A DNA stretch of 63,757 nt, the filler included, from Platydemus manokwari (lineage: Eukaryota): the NCBI GenBank assembly GCA_037951405.1. It is 6 parts of 6 records of this genome, joined end to end, with 100 filler letters (N's around TTAATTAATTAA, not from the genome) between each part and the next. Parts side by side here need not be neighbours in the genome. Positions count along the whole stretch, not along the records: positions 23,710 to 32,886 come from JBBMOY011287428.1; positions 32,987 to 44,752 come from JBBMOY010477776.1; 4 more parts are not named here. One strand, 5' to 3'. Made by a program: the position numbers and the translations under genes. Positions within the stretch are counted from its first letter, which is position 1, and every line of letters starts with the position of its first letter. Below are positions 24,649 through 37,658 of the stretch, in pieces. The notes under the pieces are model-generated. The model made no database searches. It had not been told where the DNA came from and was given only the letters and a program-made list of their open reading frames with translations.

Positions 24649-25353
24649 TTGGACTCTCGAGTGCAACATTTAACATGGGATCAAGAGAAACCATCAGGCA
24701 CATACACATTTCAATGTGGACAAGCAGTACCTAGATGGGAATGGGAAGGTCATTGGAGACAACATTGTGATATATCAGCACAAATGGACGGCTGGATTGA
24801 ATTGACATGCCCACTTGCCTATTTGGGGTGCCAATTTAGTACCATAAGATTTGCTAAATCATCATCTGTGCTTGTATATCATCCTTTATTAGACACATAT
24901 TGCCAGAAGTTCTTCACGCCAATTTATGTGCCACAATCGTCTGAAACGTCCATGTTATTGCAATTACCATTTGAAATTCTTGTGCGCATTTGTTCATTTT
25001 TAGATGGCTGCAGCCTTTTCCATGCTTCAAGAACTCATTCTAGATTGCAGGAAGCTGTACACATGCTTCTTCGCAAGTGTTGTGTATCACTTGTCTGGCA
25101 TCGTACATCAAACGGTACTTGGTCGTCTGATATTGTTTGGTTTCGACCAATATCATTAGGTTCTCTAGAGATTGTTTCTGGTAATAAATTGACTAATGAT
25201 GCTCTCGGTGCTGTGAGTGAGCATTTGAAACATTGTTCCTTCAAGGGATCATTAAGTAGTGATATCGATACAGCTTCTTATTGTTTACATCACGTTGTAA
25301 ATAAGGAATTCGTCAATGATTTACCTGAGTTCTTGCGAAGCACTTGTCATTGA
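24649..25353 (+). CDS. FBXO30/FBXO40-like F-box protein, terminal exon (5' exons absent)
   Basis: Acceptor tttctactag|. 'YTFQCGQAVPRWEWEGHWRQHCDISAQMDGWIELTCPLAYLGCQFS' matches FBXO30/40 (FTFxC....R.E...H...H.DI...L.GW...CPLAY.GC). The F-box 'LLQLPFEILVRICSFLDGCSL' and C-terminal 'SEHLKHC' are present. Confidence 0.88.
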   Translation: MDSRVQHLTWDQEKPSGTYTFQCGQAVPRWEWEGHWRQHCDISAQMDGWIELTCPLAYLGCQFSTIRFAKSSSVLVYHPLLDTYCQKFFTPIYVPQSSETSMLLQLPFEILVRICSFLDGCSLFHASRTHSRLQEAVHMLLRKCCVSLVWHRTSNGTWSSDIVWFRPISLGSLEIVSGNKLTNDALGAVSEHLKHCSFKGSLSSDIDTASYCLHHVVNKEFVNDLPEFLRSTCH

Positions 25354-28300
25354 TTTGAGTGTATTCGGATTGTTTTTCAAATTGCTTTGTAAATGTTATC
25401 AGTTGATTTTTGCTTTCAGTTTTAGTGATAATATGTCTGTGATGATGATTATGTGTTATATTGATTATATATTATCTGATGAAAATGAAATATTATGATA
25501 ATATTTTCTGATATTATTATCAATTATTATAATTATATATATCAAGCATTGTTTGTACTACAATACAGGTATATAATATTATAATAATTATTATGATTAT
25601 ATATTATGTGATGGATATTGAGACTTTGTGATTATTATTGAGTAATGATGAGAATATTATGTTCTTATAATTATAAAGCTAGATTGTGATTAGATTGTAA
25701 AATATAAATTATTATTAACGGTTTTTGATATTTTTTGATGATCCAATAAAATTCATAAATAAAGACCAAATTTTTATAAATACGATATTCGCTCTTCTGT
25801 ATGAATATATGCGGTTCTCCTGTTAGTATTTTCACGGGTGGCATCTGCTAAAATATGAGGCCTGCTATTAGGAATTTGTCATTAAAACTAAGATATTCAT
25901 TAAAGAATATTCGAATAATAATGCCTTTATTAGAAGATTAACGATTTGGATTCACTAGAACATCTATTTAGCATTATGAAATACATATCAATAACATTAC
26001 CGGAATGTAATTTCGTGGTAAATATGTTGGAGTTGTGACCATTATTTATATGCACAAATTTATAAAATTTTCGAGTGTGTCAATTTTTAACATTACAGTT
26101 CTCAATCTGATTTTGATAATATTTTGTTAATGTTCCAATGATAGTTCTTCCGAGCTCTAGTATATTTAGTTCTCGATTTGAATCAACTAAATGTCACAAT
26201 AATCAGTCTCATTGATATTGTTCAATTTATCAAACTTATTCAGCAACTACAAATTTAATAGGCCTTCTTGTCAATATGTTGTACTCTAAACTTCAATTTG
26301 AACTATTAATAAAGAAAAATGAAATACAAAAAATATAGTTCAATATGAAAACTTTATTATTGGGAACCGTAATTATAATAATTATTTAACATACAATTTA
26401 ACTTAAACACGGCTTTAGAAAACGAATACAATATTTAATTTACCATTTCGATAGTATTTTGTGATATAATGAGTATCTTTACAAGCTGTGAGGGAATATA
26501 TGTGGTAAGATAATTTCACCGATATCTAACTCGTCACAGTGTCGAAGCGTAGTTTGATTGTATTGAAATTAGAATTTAGTTGAAGTTTAAAAGAAGTAGA
26601 ATGTTCTTTTAAAAATTAACTTAGAAATTTTATATAGTAATAATCTCCTTTCGAGTATTATTATCATTTAGTTTGCGAGATCTTTGCAAATAATGTTTTA
26701 TTTGTAATGCCAGAAGTATTTGTACGTTTCTGATTTGTCTTATGTTTCCTTTAATACTAAATTTTAGTGTAGCTTATGTTGTACTTTTTATGATTGGTTA
26801 GTTTTCTTTGCTTATTGAATTAGTTTCTACGATATCTTACTAGATTGTTGTAGCAACACGGAAATTGCCATGGCTATTCATTATTTTTGCTTATCATTAT
26901 TATTACTGTTATTTGCCATTTATATTTACTTATTACTATTATTACAAGAAAATATTATTATTGTTATTTCTTGATTAAATTAGAAGCGTTAAAAAATCTT
27001 GACTCTTGAACATATATTTCTTTTTGGGCCCAATTATTGTCACTACTTTTGTTTGGGTTTTATGAAGATAAGAACAATAGGATCACTATTAACTATCCTG
27101 AAAAGTATGAATAATAATAAATAATCGAATAAAATGATACAATAGAATAAATTTTATTAAATAAGTAAATCAAAATTTTTAGAATACTCAAAAGACTAAA
27201 AAGGCTCTTCAGAACAAAATTCAGGTATCGAGACACTAGGTGGGGAGCCACCTCTGTAATCAAAAAAGAAAGTGGGAGATAAATACTGACCTTAGTATGA
27301 TTTTAAATCAACTACACAGTTATTGAGATAGCTGTTGGTGCATAATAATACATAGAAACATTACTCATCATAATATTCATCGGATAAATAAATTTTTAAT
27401 AAATATGCATTAGCTGTCAATGGTTTTCTCAATAATCGATAATTCTTTGTATAAACAATAGTTGAAAATTCTTCGAAATAATAGTAAGAATGAATTCAAT
27501 GTTTTGAGCGAGTTAAATAAAGAGCAATGAAATTGTTTGCACTTATATACTTATTTTGTAGGTCGCATGCGTCATATTGGTGTGTAAATTTTTTATCTCT
27601 ATTTTATTGCTAATTTCAGCAACTCTTAAAACGTCATGACTAAATTTAGCTACATCCTACTGTTTTTAGCTACTTGAGTTGCTAAATTGACATACACTAT
27701 TTTTAGTAATGACGTAGTAACTAAAATTAGATTTTTAAATACATTTTTGATTTAACCTTGGTTTTTATTTCGGTGACCTTGAGGTCAGTTAAACAAAAGA
27801 ATTTCTTATAGTAAAACAAGATTTTTGTTTTATTTATTTTGAAATAAATTTTACATGAAAAAATTTTTATTATTTATCTCATAATTTGTATTGAACTTAA
27901 AATACTCAAATATTCACTTTATCCGTGTACGTTTAGTCTATTTGTTACCTTAGGGCCTTGTATGATTTATTAACATGCTGATTTTATTAAATAAATTATG
28001 GTTCAGTTTATTTTTATATAGTTTAAGGAGGGTTTCTATGATATCGGAAAAATTGTATATTATCTAAAGGCCTTTATTTGAAGTTTATCGTGATATTCAA
28101 AGATGGAATTTAATTAATTAATTTATTGATTATTAATTCTAATAAGAATTTGATTTTGTGATTGCCACTTAATACGATAATTGCTAAGCCACTAAATGAG
28201 ACAATTACAATTTATATTTTTTTATTTTTGAAAGTGAAGATATTTTAAAATGAAATGATAACAAATCAATAAATTTAAAACTCTATGCCTCAAGCAAGTG

Positions 28301-28839
28301 AATTATCGGGATTTCTAGGCGACGGAGAAGATAGGAAGATTATTAATCAAAATATGGTGGCTTAAAAATTAAAATATAAGTTATAAAGTAACGTTTATGG
28401 TGATTGAATGAATTATGACAAAAATTTTAGCAAGTTATTCTCACTATTCTTCGTTTAATTGCATAACCGCTCAATAATATTGTTGGTTAAAAGCCTGTAA
28501 GTTCTTAGCGGCAAATTCATAAATATTTAAATATTCATAAATAAATGATTCATTGTAAACCACTAATTAAACTACTCCCACAGAGCCAATTCGAATTTGT
28601 TGGACACTAAAATCAGGGGGAAGTATTTTTTTTAAAAAATTCGCAGCATAAGGCTATTAGTTCTGTACGGCGATTTTTATCATTTTCAGGACACCAAATC
28701 ATTTTTATTTTAATATATATCTGTTGAGCAAGGCAAAATTTTGCAAAAGGAAAACTGATTTATACATTGAAACCCTTGTTTTAGCACTTTAAGCATTCTC
28801 ATGTATAAATAAGGATAGAGACTTGGCCACCAACCACAA

Positions 28840-29065
28840 CCAAATTAGATGGAAAACGATAATTGGAAACAATCACACAGTCCTACAACACCTATCAATC
28901 CCGCACGTACAAAAACCAATAGCCCCAACAGAAACAAGAAAAATTAATGATTAAATCAAAATGTGATACAAACATGATGCAGAATATTACACATAGATCT
29001 CGATTATAAACACCAATGTAAAGATGACCAACTACCAGTTGAAAAACAATTTTTCATTGTATTTT
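28840..29065 (+). repeat. Dispersed repeat, probable LTR (copy 1)
   Basis: Homologous to 42205-42440 (e.g. aatcaaaatgtgat.caaacatga...agatctcg..tataaa.a.caatgtaaagatg.ccaact..cagttgaaa); lies just upstream of a gag remnant. Confidence 0.7.
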
Positions 29066-29173
29066 TGTGTTACTTTGTGAGTTGTTAGATTAGTAAGTTA
29101 GAAACTTTTGGAGTCAGCAATTATTTGGTTTGCAGAATTTTACTCCACCAATTTTTTATTGACTTTTTAGAAA

Positions 29174-29620
29174 TTGGAGAAAATTAATTTTATGCATTCA
29201 GACAACAAGGATTCAGATAATCAAAGCTCTTCTGATAAACGGCAAATCCAACCTCAAATCAGAATGATTCTCCAAGAAGATTTTGGTACCTATCAGAAAC
29301 TTCCAGTCAACCAGCACGGAAGGGACTTAGTAGATTTTGTGAATTTTATGAAGGACTATTTCATGTATGCCTCCACATACGGATGGACCGAAAGAAAAAT
29401 GATCCAAAGACTGTTATACTACTTAAAAGGTGCAGCAGATCGACATAGGAAATATTTAACCGTAATATAAGATGCGCTATCAGAGAAATTAATAAGCGGA
29501 GACGTCGGCCGCATTATTCGTCAAAAATTCTTCTCTAAATCTCATAAAGCTGGTGAATAAGTCGAATATTTTGCTTACCACTTATCAACTCTTGCAAAAA
29601 AAGCATTCTGACCAAAAGTG
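29174..29620 (+). mobile_element. LTR-retrotransposon gag (capsid-like) pseudogene
   Basis: 'FVNFMKDYFMYASTYGWTERKMIQRLLYYLKGAA' and, after a disruption, 'QKFFSKSHKAGE*VEYFAYHLSTLAKKAF' (cf. Q..GESV..F..RL..LA..A major homology region). Confidence 0.75.
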
Positions 29621-32600
29621 CAAATGAATTTATCAATGCAGGGAAATATTCTCTGCAATTACATTTACCATAGCAGAGAGAAGTGATTAGTAAAAGTACA
29701 ATTACCAATCTGTTATTGTTCTCTGAAAATGGTAGGGGAATTTTTTTGAGTGAAGTCATTCCATTTTCTATCGATTTATATAATCAAATTGATTAAAATT
29801 GATTTTAAACAAGGCGGTATTAAATGAAGTAAATTATCGATAGTTGATAAAAATCGTTAGTGGGATTTAAATTTGAGTAATATTAACTTAGCTAAACTGT
29901 ACTTATTTATGTGAATATAATCAGAAACTACAGTGTCATGATCTTATAGCCCATATAATTGATTCCAAATTTTATAATTGATGAGATAATATTTAAAACG
30001 TGGATTAAAATATCGAATTTTAGCACTTAGAAAATGCAAATAAAAATCATGATTACGCAATCAATTATTAAACATTTAAGAATTGATTTTACACAAATAT
30101 AGCCAATATGATAGATTACGACATGATAAGATCCTTCAGTTAAAATATTCCAATGTTATTCATAGTGACCACGGAAAGCCTCGTTGATAAACCAAAGAAT
30201 TGGGGAAACGAAGTGGATATTAATAGATACAATAAAACCACACGACTACCTAAATAGTCTTGAGCTTAGATACATCAAAAATAAATCATCATTAATACTT
30301 CTTGTCCTGAAAATAATCCGATCAATTTAAACTTATTCTTCGCCTCTTGAAAAAAATCCGCTCAAACTGAAGTAATTCTTCGTAAAATGGTTTTTGTAGG
30401 CCATCTAAAAATTTCTAACAAATAATTGATTTTCGTAAAATCGACAAGATAATGGGAATAGATTTAACACTCATCAATTATAAAATTAAAATTGTGTTTT
30501 AGAAATGTGCAAAAGAGTGACTAGATAGTCATTTTATATGATTTATTTCAAACGAGAAATATATTTTTGATTCTATTGTTAGAATTCTTTGCAACTATGT
30601 AATCTGAACCTCATAATAGAATTGTTGAATAATAACTGAATATCGAAAATTTACAGGTACAGAGAGAGCACAAAGGCCAATGTGTAATAAAATGTGTATG
30701 AATAAAAAACCGGGTTTTTGCATCGAAATTATAAATATATTGGGATTTGGGGCTATTATCAATTTCAAATTACAATATTCTGTCGATCGTTGTGTATGGG
30801 CTTGTATGTCAATGTATAAAAACATCACTAGATCCATATTATGGGATATTTTTATATAAATTCAGGATATTCAATGGTTAATAGAAATAAAATACATTAA
30901 AAATTTAATCTGAAATAATAGCCATTATAACTCATACAGCCTGGCATTTATATTAATAAATTAGTGGTCAAATTATTAGTTATTCAGCTTAATAAATTCT
31001 AGCTTTCGATATAACAATCTTGCATAAATATAATTCCAGAGAATATTTCTCAGCCACAATGACTTCATAGGCATACAATAACCATGCATGACCTTATTTA
31101 ATAATAGTATAAAATATCTGAGTTACTTGTTGATGCCTATATATAGCAGCAATCGCAGTTCTTACATGCACAATTGTTACATAAAGAACCAGGGCAAGAT
31201 TTACGATTAAGAAAAGCATAACGAAAGCTCATTTTATGTCGGGGATCAAAATTCCATATGTGAATAGCAATCTAATCAAAGATCGAACAGTAAGATACTG
31301 TACCTATATAATCATTCATATATTATTATGCATATTCCCGCCATCTATAGAGTTAAGCTTATATCCTTATGAAAGATATTCCCCAGTAATCACAAAGGGA
31401 TTTATTGATCGCAAAACTTCCTTGAATTGTTATAACTAAAATCCAACATCTAAGTGTATAAAAATATTTAAATTCAGCGCAATTTGCTGTTTATTGTTGA
31501 TAAATATTAATTTAGTAATTGAGTTCAGTTGTTTAATGGATTTGGTTATAATCATCATTATCATCACCTATTTGGAACTGATCAGGGGTGTATAGAGACC
31601 GATAAAAGTAATAAACCGAGTGAGAAAGTAGAAGCGACTTTAATATTATGGAAATCCATAATAATTTCATTATCTACGCCATTCCACTTACTTTCATACA
31701 AGTTCCTGTGCGCCGCGGTGAAAGAAAATCGATTAATCAAGATTAGCTTACTACTTGAGGATCAAATAGAATTCAGTAGGCTGATCTCAGGCGTAGCTCG
31801 AGAAAATCAATAATGCAATAGAATGGAAATGGTAATAAATGCATTATAACAAAAATAACAAAATATATAAAGCTTCAACAAACTTTCTTTATTTCTTAAA
31901 ATTGCTTACAAACCACGATCTGACAGTGACAGGTTTGCAGAAAAATGAGCATCGGCAATAACAAAAAAATTTTATCACTTCAATTTGTGTTGCAGTTGCA
32001 AATTCATCACCTATGGCTTAAATGTTAATTAAGCTGAATTTTTATAAGTTTTGGCCCAACTCTATTAGGCGTATAGAAATCCTTCAAGAACATAATTGCC
32101 CATCTCAAGTTTAAACGGACATTTCTCACATCTTTTTGTATATTTTGTGTTCATTCCATTCGTTCTCTGTTATGATTTAAAAATAAATTTTATTATGTCG
32201 CTATTTTCTACACGTCTGCATTTGATTAGTCGATCCATTCGAATTAAATTAGAATGAGAAATTTGTCGAATATTTTAACCCATACGATGCCAGATATTTT
32301 GCAAGTGCACATTTTTGATATTTATCAAACATATAACATGTGCATCTACTTATCAACTTAGACACACAACTGATCTATATTGTTAGAAGATTTCCCTGAA
32401 ACATGTTCACGTAGTTAATATTTCACTTGAATCAAATTCGTGGAAATATTTGGTTAAACCAGATATTAATTATTGATTGTAGTGGAGAAAATCTGTCGTT
32501 AAGCGAATGTCGAAATCACTTGATCTTAATGTGCTTACTGAATGTGAGATTTGCAATAAAGTCATCAAAATATCGAGCAATTTGATGCTTGTGCAGATTT

Positions 32601-32795
32601 TATGCATCACAATATGAGGCTAATTCGATACACGAAATGTGATTCAAGATTATCAGTGTTTTGAATAAATCCATTTTCACTCGTTTGCATTTCAGAATCA
32701 GTTTTCATCTGGTGTAAAATTTACTGGTTGAAAAATCTATTAATTTGAGAATTTTTAATGGTGTTGTAGACATTTTTACTTGAACGGGTTCCATT

Positions 32796-32886
32796 GTTAT
32801 TATTATTATTATTATTGTTATTATTATTATTATTATTATTATTGCTATTATTATTATTATTTTTATTGTTATTATCATTATTATTA
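32796..32886. repeat. (ATT)n microsatellite at contig end
   Basis: Directly visible. Confidence 0.95.
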
Positions 32887-32986
32887 NNNNNNNNNNNNNN
32901 NNNNNNNNNNNNNNNNNNNNNNNNNNNNNNTTAATTAATTAANNNNNNNNNNNNNNNNNNNNNNNNNNNNNNNNNNNNNNNNNNNN
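32887..32986. other. Artificial contig spacer
   Basis: 44N + TTAATTAATTAA + 44N. Confidence 0.98.
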
Positions 32987-33115
32987 ATATATTAATTCAT
33001 CGATATATTAATTCACCGATATATTAATTAATCGATGTATCAATTAATCGATATATTAATTAACGGATGTATCAATTAATCGATATATTAATTCACCGAT
33101 CTATTAATTAATCGC
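32987..33115. repeat. 16-bp minisatellite, ~8 units (GATATATTAATTAATC consensus)
   Basis: Units such as gatatattaattcacc, gatatattaattaatc and gatgtatcaattaatc; the array runs into the gap. Confidence 0.9.
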
Positions 33116-33318
33116 ATAATACTATATGAATCAGTATATTATAATAGAATTACATTCCATTGTCAACGGGGAGAATATGTCGCATACACAAATGAAATTA
33201 ATTTTTATCTTGTTTCATTTTTGCTGGTCATTTTTTATTTATTCAATGGTTTAAATAATTTTTTAAAATATTTTATTTAAACCATAAAACAAAGCTTTTA
33301 TAATCATATTCATTATAG

Positions 33319-34328
33319 ATGTATTTCCTGAGCAGTTTGCGTTTAAGAGATCTTTGCGATAGATTACACATCAGTCGAGATTTGATGTGCAAAATTTGGA
33401 CTACTTTTGAGCACATTATCACAGAAGAAACTCAACTACTTAAAGATAGATGTATCGATCAGATTATTCTGTGTTCCATATTTGCAGTGACACGAGTCGC
33501 ATCCAGTCGAAATTTGACTTTTCATGAAATTTTGCAAGTATAAAAATGATTGGCCTATTTTTGATTTGATTGATTGATTGTGTGTCTGTCATAATAGATG
33601 TACAGAATGCAGCCACAATCTAATAAAGAAATTTATCGATCTATGCTTATTGAAATTGTAAAAACCAATACTGGAATCACAACGGGAGGTTTGCCAACTG
33701 ATAACAAGACCAATATTCACACTTCTCCCGGTGGTACTCAGCGAGTCATTAAAACAAAAGAAATCAGAGATGACATCGCTCGATTTTATAACTACATATT
33801 TTTGCCGACTGTTGTCGGTTATGTCAAGAGATTTGTCTCCAATCATTCCATGTCAGGCTCATCAAACGTGTCAGTGAGCTTGACGGGTCCTAATTCAAAT
33901 ATCAATTCGAAATCCAATCAACCTCAATTGAATCAGCCCCATTTATCCCCAATGCCAGCCAGAAACAATTCCGATCATAATCTCGGATCTACATCAAGGT
34001 AAAACACTTCATTTGGTAATCATATTGAATCGATATCGATTTTTACAGGCGCATATCCAATAATAAGAATATATTTGTCAGTCCGGCCAAAACTCAAATC
34101 ACCATGTCACCGAAACGTGTGACATTCACAGTCAACAGTAGCCCCAGTAAAGAGTTGAGAGATATCAATGCCATGATTGCCAGTGCAGCCAATAAGATGA
34201 AAGGAGGACTTTCTTTTAATAGCTCCAAACGATCAGAACCAACGTTTTTCAGTTCTACACCGAGTATCTCAGTTTTAGATAGATCCAACAATATTCCACC
34301 AGCAAAGAGATTACGATTCGACCCTTGA
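33319..34328 (+). CDS. Retinoblastoma-family pocket protein (Rb/p107/p130-like), pocket B + C-terminus, last 3 exons
   Basis: Exons 33319-33537, 33598-33998 and 34049-34328 with 60- and 50-nt GT-AG introns are in frame. Motifs: RLRDLCDRL..KIWTTFEH..LLKDRCIDQIILC, YRMQPQS..IYRSMLI, DIARFYN.IF, RRISNNKNIFVSP, SPSKELRDINAMI and terminal KRLRFD. The ATG at 33319 follows an AG acceptor and is internal. Confidence 0.95.
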
Positions 34329-35619
34329 CAATAAAGCATTATTATTTGTGTTTTTATTAATATATAATTATCATTGGCATTGTAAATATATTTTAATGTA
34401 TTTAATATCGATTCGCAGTGTTCGCACATGTGTTGACATTATTATGATTATTATTATGTTGTATATCAATACAATTCGCCATTTGTTTTATTTGTCCCTT
34501 AATAGGTTTTCTGAATTTTAAACTTTATATCGAACCAACCTTGTCTGTTGAATGATCTACTTTTCTCAGAAATGTTTTTATGCAATCTTAAATGTACACA
34601 ATGCAACCATAATCCAATTAATTATTCCAAATTTCTTGTTTCACAATTTTGAATTATGGATAATGACCGCATTATGTATAGTTAAAATTGTATAATTTAG
34701 TGCTGAGGCCATAACAAATCATCAATTCAACCAATGACCCTAACATAAAAAATAATTTTCGATAAATCATTTCAAATTCTGACTCATTAAAGCTGATTAT
34801 TCTCTCGTCAGTTTTGACTGATAGCTGAAGCTGATTATGATTTTTGATTAGTGTTACATTTTTGACTTTGAAAATATTTGACTGTTGTTTATTTCGCTTT
34901 AAAAATTTGATTCTGATGTTGGGGTCTGGGACTAAAAACAATTTGTAAAATGACGTGATAAATGGTGTGATAATAACTATGTATCGATATATAAAAGTAT
35001 TTTTTATGAAATAATATTAAATATTTTTATGTAAAATTTCTGTAAGTTATGGGGTTGATTTAGATTAAATATAACAAATTAAAATCGAAATAATATTTTT
35101 AAACCAATTTGAAATATATATTAAAATAATGAAACTTAAAAAATTCCTTTAAACTATTCAATCACAACTAGTAACCTTTCTAGTTTCTGATATAGAAGTA
35201 ATTGATCTTTCTATTATTTCTGAGACACCTGTAATGAATGTTTTCACATCGTCGATTGTTTAGTAAGAAAGATATAGTTCTGCTATAACTATTGCCCTCT
35301 CTAAGTCGGATTTAACTATGGTTTCATCCCGTTTCTTAATACATGAACTTCATCGATATTATTTTCAATGATACATTGGAATAACGATCATTGGCTTACC
35401 TTCATTATCAAGGTTTTTGAACAAAAATTTGTTGTCAAAAGAACAAATTTTTCTCAAAAGGTTTTATTGACAATGTGCCGATTGATATCAAAATTGTGTT
35501 TTTGCATAAGTTCTTTAATTTAATGTTAAATTTAGAGCGTGTGCTGGATCAGTGAAAATAATTTTAGGCTTCTCTTATATTAAAATCACTGAAGGTTGGG
35601 CAAACTCATTTAGTGTCAT

Positions 35620-36540
35620 CTTGACGAACAATTGCGCTAACAGGCACTTTCTATAGATTGTTTTTTAACATTATTAACGTTCGTATGCACCATTGGATTA
35701 CCAATGGAGATTTAATCTCTTGGAATCAAAAAGCACTCTTGTCTGAGGATGGCTGTGCTGAGCAAAATGCATGCCTTCAATCCATTTACAAGTCTTGTAA
35801 AGTATCAAAGGCAAATTGCCATTTCGTTTGGTTAGATCTTAAGGAAGCTTTTCCTAGCTTGCCTCATGAGTTAATTTGGTTGACTCTGGAAAAGATGGGT
35901 TGTGTATTTAGCATAGTCAATCTTCTGAAGAATTTGTATAGTGTCGTGAGTACTACATATCACTGTGAGAATATAGTCAATCCTTCTATTGATTTGGTTA
36001 AAGGTTACAAACAAGGTTGCCCATTGTCGATGGCATTCGTTTGTTTATCGATAGATTTTCTTGTTATGTCTTGCAATAATTTGCAGAGGCATCTTACATT
36101 ATTTAATATGGAAATTTCCATATTGGCTTATGCTGACGACTTGGTAGTTGTTTCTAATATTGATCAGGTGAAAAGAATGGTTCTCAGAATATAAGATGTT
36201 GATGTTCCAATAGTGAATGAAAAGAACCAATGCAAGTGTTTAAGAGTTCCGTCTTCATCTCCGACTTCAATGTGATTTGTAACACTGAATTACATCCAAG
36301 CCACATGCTCAATGCCTTTAGATTGTTTCTACACTGTAGACTGCGGTTTACAGCTTCGAAATAGAGAAGTCAGTATTTTATTTCTTTCCTCTCCACAGAA
36401 GAGGGTGGTAAGCCCAAAGAATCCTGGTTCGATGAAAAGATAAGACAGCTAGTTAAGAATGTGATAGGAGTTACCTTTTTTCTGTGGGCCAATAATGACT
36501 TTTTGTATACCTGTACGAAGTTGGTGGTCTTGGTGAGAAA
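35620..36540 (+). mobile_element. Non-LTR retrotransposon RT fragment (R2/NeSL-type), decayed
   Basis: NQKA...DGCAEQ, VWLDLKEAFPSLPH, GYKQGCPLS, LAYADDLVVV; downstream frameshifted 'DFLYT...VGGLG' thumb-region motif (~36497-36535). Confidence 0.9.
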
Positions 36541-37658
36541 CTACCGAAAATATGAAGACCTGACAGCTGAAATAGCTAGGCAATACAAAACTTCAATGAG
36601 TGTTCATATGTTAAAAGTAAATTTTTTAGGATCATGAGATACACTTAATGACATGTCTTGGGATGAAAAGGGCTCAAATAAATTGGCTCCCTCTTTTGTT
36701 TCTACTTTCATTATATAATCATATAGGTTTTATAGGTCTTACATAGCGAAGGAGGTCAGGCCTAAAATAAACAGTCCAGCCAATATGTTTAACACGCAGT
36801 ATCATATAAAATGACGGTTTGTACATACATAAAAGGACACCAGTATAGGCATTTTTATTATTATTGTTTATTGTTATTTTGACTATAAAAACTAGAATTT
36901 CTGACTTTGAATATCAAACGAGAAATTTTTATGCTTTGTAATAAATCTTCAGTTTTTGGAGTTTCTAGATTCTAAAAAGTAGAGTGAGTAAATCGCAATT
37001 ATTAGAAAAGAGATTATTCTCGAATAACTTTATTTTATTACAGTCAAAGCCAAATTTAGTTATATTTTTATGTAGCACGATTGTTAATGTATTTTTGTAA
37101 GTCATGCTGAGCAGTACGCAGGTTAGAAATAAAGCTTTCGAGTTTTGGATTCAGTGATTATTCAGTTGTTTAGAAGTATAATACACCGGCTTATAAAGAT
37201 AATAAGACCAGAATGGATATTATTCAATAATAAAACAGGAAATTAAAATGCTACGGATTTACGTCTACCAAATTTTTGTACCGGCTATTATCATACTGTA
37301 TTCCACAACTATATATGATTATGTAATGTCTGTATATCAATACGAATTAATTATATCTCCACTGACAGAACACAAAATTAAACATTGTTTCAAAAAATCT
37401 TTTGTCATTATTAAAAATATATTCCACATAATTGCGAATATTTAAACATCATCAAATATCATTCATTTTTAAATCGGAGTAAAATTGTGCACATTACTGA
37501 CTTTTAATTAATATAACAACATATTAATTCTAATTAAATTAATAATTAATTAAAATAAATTAATTATTAAAAATTAATTAACAATTTTTATATATATTTA
37601 AACTAATTTTTGTTTTAATATAATTATATTATTTATTATCATTATACTATAAATTGCA

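Noticed and set aside
27570-27730. Cluster of short inverted motifs (AGCAACTC/GAGTTGCT, ACGTCAT/ATGACGT)
   Set aside because: Probably an old MITE, but termini and TSD could not be defined.
30595-32790. Coding-like GC-richer tracts on the minus strand
   Set aside because: Many stops in all frames and no recognisable motif; could not be assigned to a gene or TE.
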